In this document: positions 19,955 to 29,320 of the stretch, in pieces
Position numbering within the stretch: the stretch's first letter is position 1
Layout: every line of letters starts with the position of its first letter
Origin: an uncultured Nitrososphaerota archaeon
Lineage (GTDB): Archaea; Thermoproteota; EX4484-205; JAAOZP01
Direction: 5' to 3'
Assembly (NCBI GenBank): GCA_964416155.1
Contig: CAYQCW010000002.1
Location: 178,215-242,214 of the forward strand
DNA: 64,000 bases
Made by a program: the position numbers and the translations under genes
The notes under the pieces: generated by a model
What the model saw: only the letters and a program-made list of their open reading frames with translations
The model's database searches: none
What the model was told of the DNA's origin: nothing

Positions 19955-20885
19955 GCCTTGCTTCGATACATAGTTTAACAGCCTCCCTGCTCGTGTGCCT
20001 CGGCCTCCAGCCGGTTGCTTTAATCCTACTTATATCCAGGTTCATTAGCTTAACATCCCCAATCCAGCCCCTGCCGTTTTCAACGCCTCCGGTGAAAACC
20101 TTCTCAACGCTACCGAGCCCCATTGACTCCACAACCATGTCGGCAATCTCAGAGACAGTAACCCAATCATCAGAGCCAACGTTGTAAACCTCGTAGCCAG
20201 AGGCTTCAAAACGCTTTGAAACGTGGAGAACAGCTTCAACACAGTCGCCAACCCAAATGTACGACTTCCTCTGAGACCCGTCCCCAAGGATTTCAAGCCT
20301 CCTAGGGTTCTCCAGAAGCTTATTGATGAAGTCATGTACCACCCCGTGTGTAAGCCTTGGGCCGACAACGTTAGCAAGCCTCAGGGATACGCCTTTCATT
20401 CCGAACGTGTGACAGTAGGATGAAACCAGGCCTTCAGCGGCTAGCTTAGCAGCCCCATAAAGGGAGATGGGCCTCAAGGGACCATAGTCCTCCGGCGTAG
20501 GGATCTTGGAAGCATCCCCGTAGACGGTGGAGGAGGATGCGAAGACGAACATTCTCACATCTGCCTTCCTAGCGTACTCAAGCATGTTGAAAGTAGCCGC
20601 AATGTTCTCCTGGAAATGTATGCGGGGGGAGGTTTCCCTGACATCCGGGTTCGCGGCGAAGTGGAAAACATACTCCACGCCGGTCTCCTCGCCAAGAAGG
20701 TCAATAATCTTAGCGTCCCCAATTACGATTCTCAACCTGCCTTTTTTAAATGCTTGTTCAACGTTTTCAAACCTGCCGGTTGAAAAATTGTCTAGAACAA
20801 TGACATTCCAACCGTCTTCAACAAGCCTGTCAACAAGGTGGCTGCCGATGAAGCCTGCGCCCCCAGTCACCAAGGCGGAAGACAT
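19929..20885 (-). CDS. galE: NAD-dependent epimerase/dehydratase (UDP-glucose 4-epimerase-like)
   Basis: TGGAGFIGSHL, HFAANPDV, SSSTVYG, YGAAK (YxxxK). Confidence 0.85.
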   Translation of the reverse strand: MSSALVTGGAGFIGSHLVDRLVEDGWNVIVLDNFSTGRFENVEQAFKKGRLRIVIGDAKIIDLLGEETGVEYVFHFAANPDVRETSPRIHFQENIAATFNMLEYARKADVRMFVFASSSTVYGDASKIPTPEDYGPLRPISLYGAAKLAAEGLVSSYCHTFGMKGVSLRLANVVGPRLTHGVVHDFINKLLENPRRLEILGDGSQRKSYIWVGDCVEAVLHVSKRFEASGYEVYNVGSDDWVTVSEIADMVVESMGLGSVEKVFTGGVENGRGWIGDVKLMNLDISRIKATGWRPRHTSREAVKLCIEARLRELGLKS

Positions 20886-20894
20886 ACTGGTTTT

Positions 20895-22196
20895 TCACCC
20901 TAGAAACGTGGCTGAAACCCCTGGACCAATGTCCGTCGTGAAAACGCTCCTTGCCCCAGCTCTTCGAAAAGCCTCCTCAACCTTGAGCGCGTCATCCATA
21001 CTCCTTACGAGGGCCAGGAGCGAGCCCCCCATGCCTGCACCCGATATTTTAACCCCGAGGGCCCCAGCCTCCAAAGCATAGTCCCGCATGGCCTCAAGCT
21101 TCTCATGGCTAACCTCGTAAAGATCTCTGAGCAGAGCGTGCTGCAGGTTTACCAACTCGCCTAAAGCATGAAGCCAGTTTTCAACAGGCTTCAAACCAAG
21201 CTTCTCTAAGTCCTGGCTCCTAACCCTCCTGTACTTAAGGATTTGAAGCGCAACCTCAGTGGAGGCTTGCATCCTCAGGGTGAACAAGACCCTTGAGACG
21301 AGCCTCGGCGGAATCACGCTCAGCAAGTCCTTCAAATACTCCTCCTTAACCATCCTCCACTCGACACTTGCAAAGTCTCCCTCAAAAATTCTCGACAGCG
21401 AGCCGCGCGAAGCCTCCCTGAGCATTTTTAATGCAGTGTTAAGCTCAAACTGTCTAGCCGAGTGTATTTCAGCCGTGCTATGCCTTACACCCGAGTCAGC
21501 CACAGTGAAGAAGATTCCTTCACCGTCAAACTCCTCCACGCTTATGCTCGGCTTAAAGTCAAGCTTTATTATTCCCCCGTATGAGGCGGCATACTGGTCG
21601 AGCCTCCCGCAGGGAATCCCCATGACATTGTGCTCAGCCTCGTACGCGAGCTCAGCCAGCCCCATTCTGCTTAAACCGAGGCCTAAAAGCTCCGAGTACA
21701 TCGCAGCCAGGGAAACTTGGAGCGCAGCGCTGCTCGCCAAGCCTGAGGCCACAGGCACCTCGCTGTCGACATAGATCGCTAAGCCAGCCTCAATCATCCC
21801 ATACCTCTGTGAAACAAGCCTGTGAATAGAGCGGAAATAATTTCCGAACCACTTCCCCTTTAAAAGCTCAACTTCGCCGGATTGGAAAAAATCCTCGCTC
21901 TCAACACCCTCCTTTTCAAGCGTCAACGACTTAATCTTCACGACACCCCGCTCACCCAGCTTCGAGCAAGCCACGAAAGTTCTTTTCCAAATGGCTGCCG
22001 GAACAACCGGAAGCATCTTATAATCCTGATGCGTATTAAGAAAATCGCATCGGGCTGGGGCTGAAGAAAAACATAATATATTGCCCTTTTCAGCCATTGC
22101 TCTTTCGCAAACCTTCTTGGCGAGCCCGTTCAGTTGCATCGAAACTGTTTTCATCCGATTCGTTTTAAGCTTTTTCAAAAAAGCCGTGCTAAGCAT
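20895..22196 (-). CDS. galK: GHMP sugar kinase, galactokinase-like (true start probably downstream of 22196)
   Basis: APARCDFLNTHQDY, PVASGLASSAA, PCGRLDQ, KISGAGMGG; adjacent to the epimerase on the same strand. Confidence 0.78.
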   Translation of the reverse strand: MLSTAFLKKLKTNRMKTVSMQLNGLAKKVCERAMAEKGNILCFSSAPARCDFLNTHQDYKMLPVVPAAIWKRTFVACSKLGERGVVKIKSLTLEKEGVESEDFFQSGEVELLKGKWFGNYFRSIHRLVSQRYGMIEAGLAIYVDSEVPVASGLASSAALQVSLAAMYSELLGLGLSRMGLAELAYEAEHNVMGIPCGRLDQYAASYGGIIKLDFKPSISVEEFDGEGIFFTVADSGVRHSTAEIHSARQFELNTALKMLREASRGSLSRIFEGDFASVEWRMVKEEYLKDLLSVIPPRLVSRVLFTLRMQASTEVALQILKYRRVRSQDLEKLGLKPVENWLHALGELVNLQHALLRDLYEVSHEKLEAMRDYALEAGALGVKISGAGMGGSLLALVRSMDDALKVEEAFRRAGARSVFTTDIGPGVSATFLG

Positions 22197-22321
22197 CGAG
22201 GATATTCATAATCTTTAGGTGTAAGTCGTCTAGAGTAATAATGGGACGCTATTACTTATAAATAAGCTCCTGAAGAATATGCCCGCTTCACCAAGTCTAG
22301 ATCGTGGTTTCTATGGATCCG

Positions 22322-22687
22322 CTAAACTATTCTGAAGCCCCCGATGTTAACCCGGGAGAAAGATGCACGCCACGAATTGATCTCTTTCACGCTGAAACTA
22401 GGCTGTTCAAGCAGGTTCTTGTCGGAGTGGTATACTAGTGTGACAACTGGTTTTCTCAGCAAGCCGCCGCTGGACAGCTTAACCTGCTCGAGAACGTTGA
22501 GGGGCATTTCAAGCCTGATGACTGTTCTCCTGTTCCTCCTGCCAACGTACTCCTCGAAGAGTATTCTGTGCGTTGTTAAAACCAGCATGCCTTTCAAAGG
22601 AGCCTCCAGGAAGGTTGACCCGCCGATGAACCTTGCAGGCCCCTCGAAAACAAGGCTTTCACCCATTGGAAGCTTCCTTTCAGACAC
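22322..22687 (-). CDS. PH-fold (GRAM/GLUE/bPH-like) domain protein
   Basis: GMLVLTTHRILF...MPLNVLEQVK...GGLLRKPVVTL...FSV...W pattern. GGAGA SD-like sequence upstream. Confidence 0.6.
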   Translation of the reverse strand: MSERKLPMGESLVFEGPARFIGGSTFLEAPLKGMLVLTTHRILFEEYVGRRNRRTVIRLEMPLNVLEQVKLSSGGLLRKPVVTLVYHSDKNLLEQPSFSVKEINSWRASFSRVNIGGFRIV

Positions 22688-22827
22688 TTCTCCACCACCC
22701 CGTTCCCTGCCCTTTCAACGTTTTAAACGCTTAGAAGGAGGTTTTAACTTTTTAGTATGACGTTTAAACCGAGCCCACGGTGTAAAAACATATCTATATC
22801 CATGCGCAAAGTTATAAGGGAGCAGTC

Positions 22828-23400
22828 TTGTCTGAAATCGGGGAGGAGGAAACTCAGAGGTTAGCGGACCTGAAGAAATACTTGACCGTGAAGAAAGCAG
22901 AGCTTGAAGAGGAGCTTGAAAAGCTGGACAGCCTGATGCAGGTCGTAGACGATCTTTTGGCTTCCAAGAGCTTTAAAACCGGGACTGAGATGATGAAGAA
23001 GGCTGAGGTTGAGGTGGTGGTTCAAAAACTTGAGCTCACTTATAAGAACACTAAGGTTGGGGAAATAGAGGTCTACCAGACCTACGCCAAAGTCATTCCG
23101 CTTCCTGAGCTTAAGCTGAGCACAGCAGTCTCCCCGTTTGAAGCCTTCCTGGTGAGGAAGGTTCTAGAGCCCATGAGGGAGAGGGATGTGGAGCGGGCTG
23201 CTAAAAACGAGCTTAGACCGGACCAAATGTTCTCATACGACATTCTGGAAGAAGGCGGTTTGCTGAAAGCGATTATTCTCAGGAACTTTAGGGATAAGAT
23301 AAGGTTGAAGGAGCTGGCGAACTCTATCTCATGGACGTTTTTCAGGATGGCTGAGAAGGAGCAGCGGGTCGCAGGCTATCCCGGCGAAAGCGGGCAGTAA
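22828..23400 (+). CDS. hypothetical protein with N-terminal coiled coil
   Basis: 190-aa ORF with host-like codon use and TATA (TTATAA) ~15 nt upstream. No function recognised. Confidence 0.75.
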   Translation: MSEIGEEETQRLADLKKYLTVKKAELEEELEKLDSLMQVVDDLLASKSFKTGTEMMKKAEVEVVVQKLELTYKNTKVGEIEVYQTYAKVIPLPELKLSTAVSPFEAFLVRKVLEPMRERDVERAAKNELRPDQMFSYDILEEGGLLKAIILRNFRDKIRLKELANSISWTFFRMAEKEQRVAGYPGESGQ

Positions 23401-23423
23401 AGCCTGATTTAAACATGCGAGAA

Positions 23424-24065
23424 TCATTCGCTCTCGTGAGAGTGTAATCCCATTCTCCTTACTTCTCCGTTTGGATATGTTTCCTCGAAGACGACTGCCT
23501 CGAACCTGTAGACCCTAGTTTTTTCGTCAAGCCAGCAGCCTGAGGGCAGGCCTGCTTTAACACAGGTGTAGGAGAGAAAGGTTTCAGGATTCCAGTTCTC
23601 CTCCACAGCAACCTGGGGTAGAAGGAGGCCCCTGTTGAAGCCGCGTTCAACAATAAGCCCGTCTCTACCTATCCTGACCTCTTTTGGAAGCATTCTCCTG
23701 TCTCTAACTTCTAAAAGCCTTGGAGGAGTCAAGACGCTTACGTCTATAACGATCCTGCTCATTTCCTCAAGAGCTACTGGGGGGAACCGCGGATCCTCAA
23801 CCGCTGCAGCCACAGCTGCTTCTATCAACGCTTCCACGAGTGGTTTAACAGGCTCAGGGAAGCCTATGCAGCCCCTGAGCTCTTTACGTTCCGATCCTTC
23901 CGGGCCAATAAGCCTGTTTAGAGTGACGAACACTCCGCGGGGCTCGTGGAAAACATTCTTCAGGCCAACGGGAGGGCTTAACAGTTTTTCATCTTTTAGA
24001 TACGTCTCCACGGCTTTCCTCGCAATCCTGATGAGCAGCCTACCGTCCTCTAGAGACAATTCCAT
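23424..24065 (-). CDS. AMMECR1-domain protein (TIGR00296 family)
   Basis: RGVFVTL, LRGCIG, DPRFPP, GRDGLI, GLLLPQV, CVKAGL. Confidence 0.92.
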   Translation of the reverse strand: MELSLEDGRLLIRIARKAVETYLKDEKLLSPPVGLKNVFHEPRGVFVTLNRLIGPEGSERKELRGCIGFPEPVKPLVEALIEAAVAAAVEDPRFPPVALEEMSRIVIDVSVLTPPRLLEVRDRRMLPKEVRIGRDGLIVERGFNRGLLLPQVAVEENWNPETFLSYTCVKAGLPSGCWLDEKTRVYRFEAVVFEETYPNGEVRRMGLHSHESE

Positions 24066-24109
24066 CAGAATTGTTTTTCAAAAGGCTGTTAAAAGGATTA
24101 TGGATGGTT

Positions 24110-25225
24110 TCAAGGCCTATCCTTGAGAGAATTCTTGTTGAAGACGAAGACCCTTATGAAGCCGGATAAAAGTATTGTAAACCAGAGCGGTGAGTAAACG
24201 AAGTATAGAAAGGCGAATTTAACCAGGTTGAACCTGAACCCCATTTCCCTAGCGACCCTGTAGTAGAATAGTGAGAAAAACGCGAAAGCAGCTATGAGCG
24301 TTATGAGCGTCTTGGTGAAGAGAAGCAGTATCTTGACGAACAGCCCGTAGGAGAATATTGTTGCAAAGGGCAATAGGCCAGAGTACAGTGATGAGAGCGT
24401 AAGCAGCCCTACCCATATGAGCCTGTCCTCTAGAAGAGTGTTCAGGAAGAACGCTATCGTGAAGGAGGCTAGTGAAGGGATTATTAGGAATAGCAGCAGC
24501 AGTATTAACGAGGGCTCCTCCCTAATTATTTTCAAAAGCGTGCGCCAATTCTCCTTAACCCATACGGCAGCACCTATGCCCCATCTTACGCGTTGCTTAA
24601 ACCAGTCCCTCCAGCTTGATGGAGTATAGTTTATCACGCTGGGGTTCTTCACGAAGCCGAAGCGTAGCCCGGCGACGTAGCTTCTAATACCGAGGTCGAA
24701 GTCGTCAGGTATCTTAGGTCTGAAGCCCCCTATCTTCTCGTAAGCCGGCCTCCATATTGCGAAGGCTGCACCGTTCAAACCGAGGCATTTCCCAGTCCTG
24801 CTCGCAAGAAGCATGCTTCCATAGTTGAAAGCCATAAACTCGTAGTTTACTGTCTGAGCGAGTAGTCCTTCTCCCCCAACGGTTTTCATGAACTCCCCGA
24901 TCTCAAACCCTTTCATCGACTCTACAGCCTTAGACAGGAAGCCCTCACCCGTTATACGCACATCGTCATCCAAAAAGACGAGAAGGTCGCCTGAGGACTG
25001 TTTAAAAGCCTCCATAAGGGCGCTTACCCTTCCCTCTCTACTTTGACGGAAGATGGTTTTCACAGGCTGATGCCTGAGTTTCTCAGCGACCTCGGCGGAG
25101 GGGGCGTCTACAACGACAAGCACCTCCTTATTACGGTAATCGTCTTCAACAAGCTTGTTGACGAGCTCAACTAGCTGAGGAGAGCCTTTGAACGACGGGA
25201 TTATCACTGATACTTTCACATCCAT
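24110..25225 (-). CDS. family 2 glycosyltransferase, processive membrane type
   Basis: VSVIIP, FLDDD, PDDFD, QRVRW motif and several C-terminal TM helices. Confidence 0.85.
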   Translation of the reverse strand: MDVKVSVIIPSFKGSPQLVELVNKLVEDDYRNKEVLVVVDAPSAEVAEKLRHQPVKTIFRQSREGRVSALMEAFKQSSGDLLVFLDDDVRITGEGFLSKAVESMKGFEIGEFMKTVGGEGLLAQTVNYEFMAFNYGSMLLASRTGKCLGLNGAAFAIWRPAYEKIGGFRPKIPDDFDLGIRSYVAGLRFGFVKNPSVINYTPSSWRDWFKQRVRWGIGAAVWVKENWRTLLKIIREEPSLILLLLFLIIPSLASFTIAFFLNTLLEDRLIWVGLLTLSSLYSGLLPFATIFSYGLFVKILLLFTKTLITLIAAFAFFSLFYYRVAREMGFRFNLVKFAFLYFVYSPLWFTILLSGFIRVFVFNKNSLKDRP

Positions 25226-25329
25226 CTCCCGACACTGCTTTAGGCTTTAACACACGTGTAAAAGGTTATTAAACGTTTTACGGCCTTTTTAGAAGGCTCC
25301 ATATAAATCTTACTGTCGGAAATTACGGC

Positions 25330-25510
25330 TGACCGCAAGCGAAAACTTGCGCTCACACACGCCATGAACGCGGTTCAATCACGTTTCTAAACATGATAGC
25401 GCACGCTCGCGCGCTACGTATGTTTTCCTCAGATTCAGAGGGAACCAACACATTGGGGAAACTAGATAGTTTTAATCGTCGCATGCTTTTCATGAGGTGA
25501 AGCATGCGCA
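25330..25510 (+). ncRNA. candidate structured RNA / long leader (four hairpins)
   Basis: TATA ATATAAAT at 25301-25308. Stems CGCAAG/CTTGCG, TGAAC/GTTCA, TAGCGC/GCGCTA and GCATGCTT/AAGCATGC lie in the gap between the GT2 and pfp genes. Confidence 0.3.
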
Positions 25511-25553
25511 TAAATCCTTCAGAAAAAGTTAAAACCCCTTTCTCGCAACACTT

Positions 25554-26597
25554 ATGAAAAGGCGAGAAGGAATGAGAATAGGAGTACTAACAGGCGGGGG
25601 AGACGCACCTGGACTTAACGCAGTAATCCGTGCTGTTTTGAAGCGTGCTGAGCAGTATGGTTTTGAGGTTGTGGGCATTAAGTATGGCTGGGCTGGTCTG
25701 CTGAACATGGATACTGTGCCGCTGAAGTATAGTGATGTTGAGGATAAAGTTGGTGAGGCTGGGACTGTGATTAAAACCTCTAGGACGAATCCTGCGAAGG
25801 ACGAGGCTACGATGAATAAATGCATAGAGAACTTTAGGAAGCTGGGACTGGATGCTTTAATCGCTATCGGTGGCGACGATACTCTTACTGCTGCGAGGAA
25901 GCTTCACGAAGCCGGTTTGAAGGCAGTGGGTGTTCCGAAGACTATTGACAACGACCTTAAGGGTACGGATTACACTTTCGGCTTCGACACCGCGGTTAAC
26001 GCCGCTATGCAGGCTATCGAGTCTTTGAAGACCACGGCTAGGTCACACGACAGGGTGATGGTTGTCGAGATCATGGGTAGACACGCGGGCTGGATAGCTC
26101 TCTACTCTGGGCTTGCTGCCGGAGCCGACTTGATTCTTATTCCTGAGGAGCCTTTCAAGATTAGCGACGTGGTAGAGTTCGTCAAGAGGAAGAAGCTTGG
26201 GAAAGGCAGTTTAACCATTGTTGTCGCAGAGGGTGCTTTAATAGAGGACTACAAGGGTCCGGTAACGAAGGATGTTAAGGTGGATCAGTATGGGCATGTG
26301 TACTTGGGCGGCATAGGCGAGTTCCTAGCTAAGGAGATTGAGAAAGCCACTGGTTTCGAGACTAGGGCTGTTGTCCCTGCGCACATAATAAGGGGCATGC
26401 CGCCGACTGCTTTCGACAGGGTTCTGGCCACGAGGCTAGGCTACGCCGCTGTGGAGCTCGTCAGGAAGGGTGTTTTCGGAAAAATGGTTGCGCTGAGAGG
26501 AACCGAGATCGTGAGCGTCGACCTTTCTGAGGCTGTGGCCGAGACGAAGCTTGTGGACAAGTCTTTGATAGAGCTTAAGAATGCGCTGGCTTCCTAG
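25554..26597 (+). CDS. pfp: 6-phosphofructokinase, PfkA family, PPi-dependent signature
   Basis: TGGGDAPGLN, GGDDT (Asp), PKTIDND (Lys), MGRHAG. Confidence 0.85.
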   Translation: MKRREGMRIGVLTGGGDAPGLNAVIRAVLKRAEQYGFEVVGIKYGWAGLLNMDTVPLKYSDVEDKVGEAGTVIKTSRTNPAKDEATMNKCIENFRKLGLDALIAIGGDDTLTAARKLHEAGLKAVGVPKTIDNDLKGTDYTFGFDTAVNAAMQAIESLKTTARSHDRVMVVEIMGRHAGWIALYSGLAAGADLILIPEEPFKISDVVEFVKRKKLGKGSLTIVVAEGALIEDYKGPVTKDVKVDQYGHVYLGGIGEFLAKEIEKATGFETRAVVPAHIIRGMPPTAFDRVLATRLGYAAVELVRKGVFGKMVALRGTEIVSVDLSEAVAETKLVDKSLIELKNALAS

Positions 26598-26622
26598 GAT
26601 ATTCCTTTATTTAGTTTAAAAG

Positions 26623-27885
26623 TTAAGCCCGGTTCCGTGAAGGCCTCCAATAGAAGTTTCTCTCGTTGAAAGAAGAGTCAAGCTTTATTTCCCCAAGCTT
26701 AACAGTGTCGAAGCCTGTTGTCAATAGTGTTTTCACAGTCACTTCGTTGCCGCTTAAAGACTCTATTATGCCTACTCCAATAATCCTGCTCTCCCTCCCT
26801 AAGCCTACTAAGAGCCCCTTCTCCCATTCCTCCCCCAGCACGATGATCCTTTTCCCATTGAAGTTAAGCATTACAGGCTCCTCAACCTCATCCCTGATCC
26901 TTACGTAGAGCGTACCCATGTACAGCCTGGCTTCCAAGGCTTCGAAGCCGAGCTCCCTGAGCTCACCGGGTGTTTGAGCAGGCTCGCCTTTCAGGAAAGG
27001 ATGGTTCGGGAAAACTGTTTCGCTCAAAGGCTTCTTAACCAGCCTGGGTCTTGCGAAATGCCTTCGGTAATTCAGCATCCTGAGCGTTCTCCTGTGCATC
27101 CTGTTCCTCCTCTTCACGTATCGAGACTTCTCAACCTGAATCATTCCAGTGCTTGGGTCAACCGCTCTGGTGAAAACCAAGGTTTTCTCACCATCCAGCA
27201 ACGATAGGACGAAGCTCGGCTTAACAGCACGGGTAAGCTCGGCTTTAAAACTCAGGCCTTTAGAGTCAGCCCAGCCGTCAGTGTTTAAAACTATTTTTCC
27301 AACCCCCTTTTCCCTAAGCCTCCCGAGCACTGTGGCAACAGCCTCCTTCAATTCTTCAACCCCGGATTCCGGCGCTGTGAAGCCTACAAACTCTATTACT
27401 TCAGGCTTAACCTGGCTCAGGTCGCTTAAACCCTTGTTAACCACTCCCCCGCTGACCGTGCCGGGTATTCCAAGATCATTCTGCCCGGGATCAGAGTCGA
27501 CGATTCCAACCTCCCCCTGGAAGTTAAGATAGTAGTTAACCAGGAAGGTTGCCAGACTCGTCTTACCCGAGTCCGCCTCGCCGACCACCATCACCACACC
27601 CTTCTCCTCAGCAGCAGTCTTCTCAGCGGCTTCAAGCCAGCTACCCGGTATTGTGGAACCGTCTACTACACGATAGTTGTTGCCCTCAACGATGAGGCTG
27701 GCTTCAGACTGCTCAGCGTAGAAAGGCGTCCGCCTGAAGCCCCTGACCTTCACCCAGCTGCCCTCCGTGAAAACTGCACCCATCACGTTAACCATGCCGC
27801 TGGCCACCTGCACTGTGGCCGGCCCGTCTACCAAGAGGGTTTTCCCCACCCGGAGAAAGATTCTCTGTCTCACGATTCTTTCCAC
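26623..27885 (-). CDS. clp1: Clp1/Grc3-family polynucleotide 5'-OH kinase
   Basis: GEADSGKTS P-loop, DSDPGQ, NTDGW, Arg-rich lid (RNRMHRRTLR). Confidence 0.88.
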   Translation of the reverse strand: MERIVRQRIFLRVGKTLLVDGPATVQVASGMVNVMGAVFTEGSWVKVRGFRRTPFYAEQSEASLIVEGNNYRVVDGSTIPGSWLEAAEKTAAEEKGVVMVVGEADSGKTSLATFLVNYYLNFQGEVGIVDSDPGQNDLGIPGTVSGGVVNKGLSDLSQVKPEVIEFVGFTAPESGVEELKEAVATVLGRLREKGVGKIVLNTDGWADSKGLSFKAELTRAVKPSFVLSLLDGEKTLVFTRAVDPSTGMIQVEKSRYVKRRNRMHRRTLRMLNYRRHFARPRLVKKPLSETVFPNHPFLKGEPAQTPGELRELGFEALEARLYMGTLYVRIRDEVEEPVMLNFNGKRIIVLGEEWEKGLLVGLGRESRIIGVGIIESLSGNEVTVKTLLTTGFDTVKLGEIKLDSSFNERNFYWRPSRNRA

Positions 27886-27983
27886 CTTTCCAGTATTTAA
27901 ACCGCTAAGGGTGATTATTTATGTTTAAACGTGAAATAAGCTGAGAAACTTTTTAAAGACCCTTTTGCCTCAAGCCCAAGTAA

Positions 27984-29237
27984 TTGTCGGAGAAAAGTCT
28001 TGCAGAAGAGGTTTTCGAAATAGTTAGGGAGCATCATGCTTTCCGGAGATCCTGCTTGAACCTTATTGCCAGCGAAAACGTTACCAGCAGGGGGGTTAGG
28101 AGGCTTTTAGCATGCGACATGGGGCACAGGTATGCCGTGGGATTTCTTTACGAAAGAATGTATAGGGGCTGCGAATACATAGATAAGCTTGAAGAACTAA
28201 CCCATTTCCTAGCTAGGAAACTCTTCAAGGTTGAGCATGTCAACACGCTGTCTGTTTCAGGGACGGTTGCGAACATCGTTGCAATAGGTGCTTTCACAAG
28301 GCCCGGGGACACCATGATGGGTTTGAGCGTGATAGACGGGGGCCACAGCAGTTTCAGAGAAGTATCTAGATACCACGGGGTAAGCATGGTTCCCCTTCCG
28401 TTTAACGCTGAAGAGTACAATATTGACGTCGACCAGTCTAGGAAAATGATCGCGAAAGTCATGCCTAGGATGGTGATGCTCGGAGCATCTGAACTCTTGT
28501 TCCCCCAGCCGGTTAAGGAGATTTCTGAGACGGCTTCAAACGTGGGTGCGACTGTCGTCTACGATGCCGCCCATGTCCTAGGGCTGGTGGCGGGCGGCTG
28601 CTTCCAAGACCCGTTGAGAGAGGGTGCAGCCGTCGTGACAGGCAGCACTCATAAGACCTTCTTCGGCCCCCAAGGGGGCATAATCCTATGTAAAAGACAA
28701 TACGGTGAAGACATAGACAGGGTTGCGCTGAGCATGATCAATAATCATCATATAAACAGGGTTGCGGCCCTAGCTTACACGCTTGCAGAGTTCCTGGCTT
28801 TCGGGCAGGATTATTCCAGAATGGTTGTGAAGAATGCTCAGGCCTTAGCCGAAGCACTCTACAACAACGGGGTTGACGTGATATGTGCAGACAAGGGTTT
28901 CACCAAGTCGCATCAAGTAATATTCAGAGTTGAGGAGGGCACAGCATTAGAGGTTTCTAAAAACCTTGAGAAGGCCAACATAATAACCAGCATGACCCCC
29001 CTTCCGACAGACAAGTCTGAAACAAGAGCCAGCGGAATAAGGCTTGGAGTGCAGGAGGTGACAAGGCTCGGAATGGGTGGGGACGAGATAGCTATCATAG
29101 GAAGCCTAATAGCTAGAGTTGTGAAATCTCCCGATTCAGTCAGCATCGTTAAAGAAGAGGTTAAGGAGCTGGCTGACAGATTTAGAACCATTCACTATAC
29201 TTTCAGCGACAGCGAGCCCGCTTACGAGTGGGATTAG
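27984..29237 (+). CDS. glyA: serine hydroxymethyltransferase (archaeal type)
   Basis: NLIASEN, HRYA, DAAHVLGL, STHKTFFGPQGG (PLP Lys), SGIRLG. Confidence 0.93.
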   Translation: MSEKSLAEEVFEIVREHHAFRRSCLNLIASENVTSRGVRRLLACDMGHRYAVGFLYERMYRGCEYIDKLEELTHFLARKLFKVEHVNTLSVSGTVANIVAIGAFTRPGDTMMGLSVIDGGHSSFREVSRYHGVSMVPLPFNAEEYNIDVDQSRKMIAKVMPRMVMLGASELLFPQPVKEISETASNVGATVVYDAAHVLGLVAGGCFQDPLREGAAVVTGSTHKTFFGPQGGIILCKRQYGEDIDRVALSMINNHHINRVAALAYTLAEFLAFGQDYSRMVVKNAQALAEALYNNGVDVICADKGFTKSHQVIFRVEEGTALEVSKNLEKANIITSMTPLPTDKSETRASGIRLGVQEVTRLGMGGDEIAIIGSLIARVVKSPDSVSIVKEEVKELADRFRTIHYTFSDSEPAYEWD

Positions 29238-29320
29238 GAGAAAGCTTTACGCCAGCTTCATGGTTTTTAAACTGGGTTTCCGGAGCATCATGTTTAACGG
29301 TGAAAGAGGGGAAGCCGACC

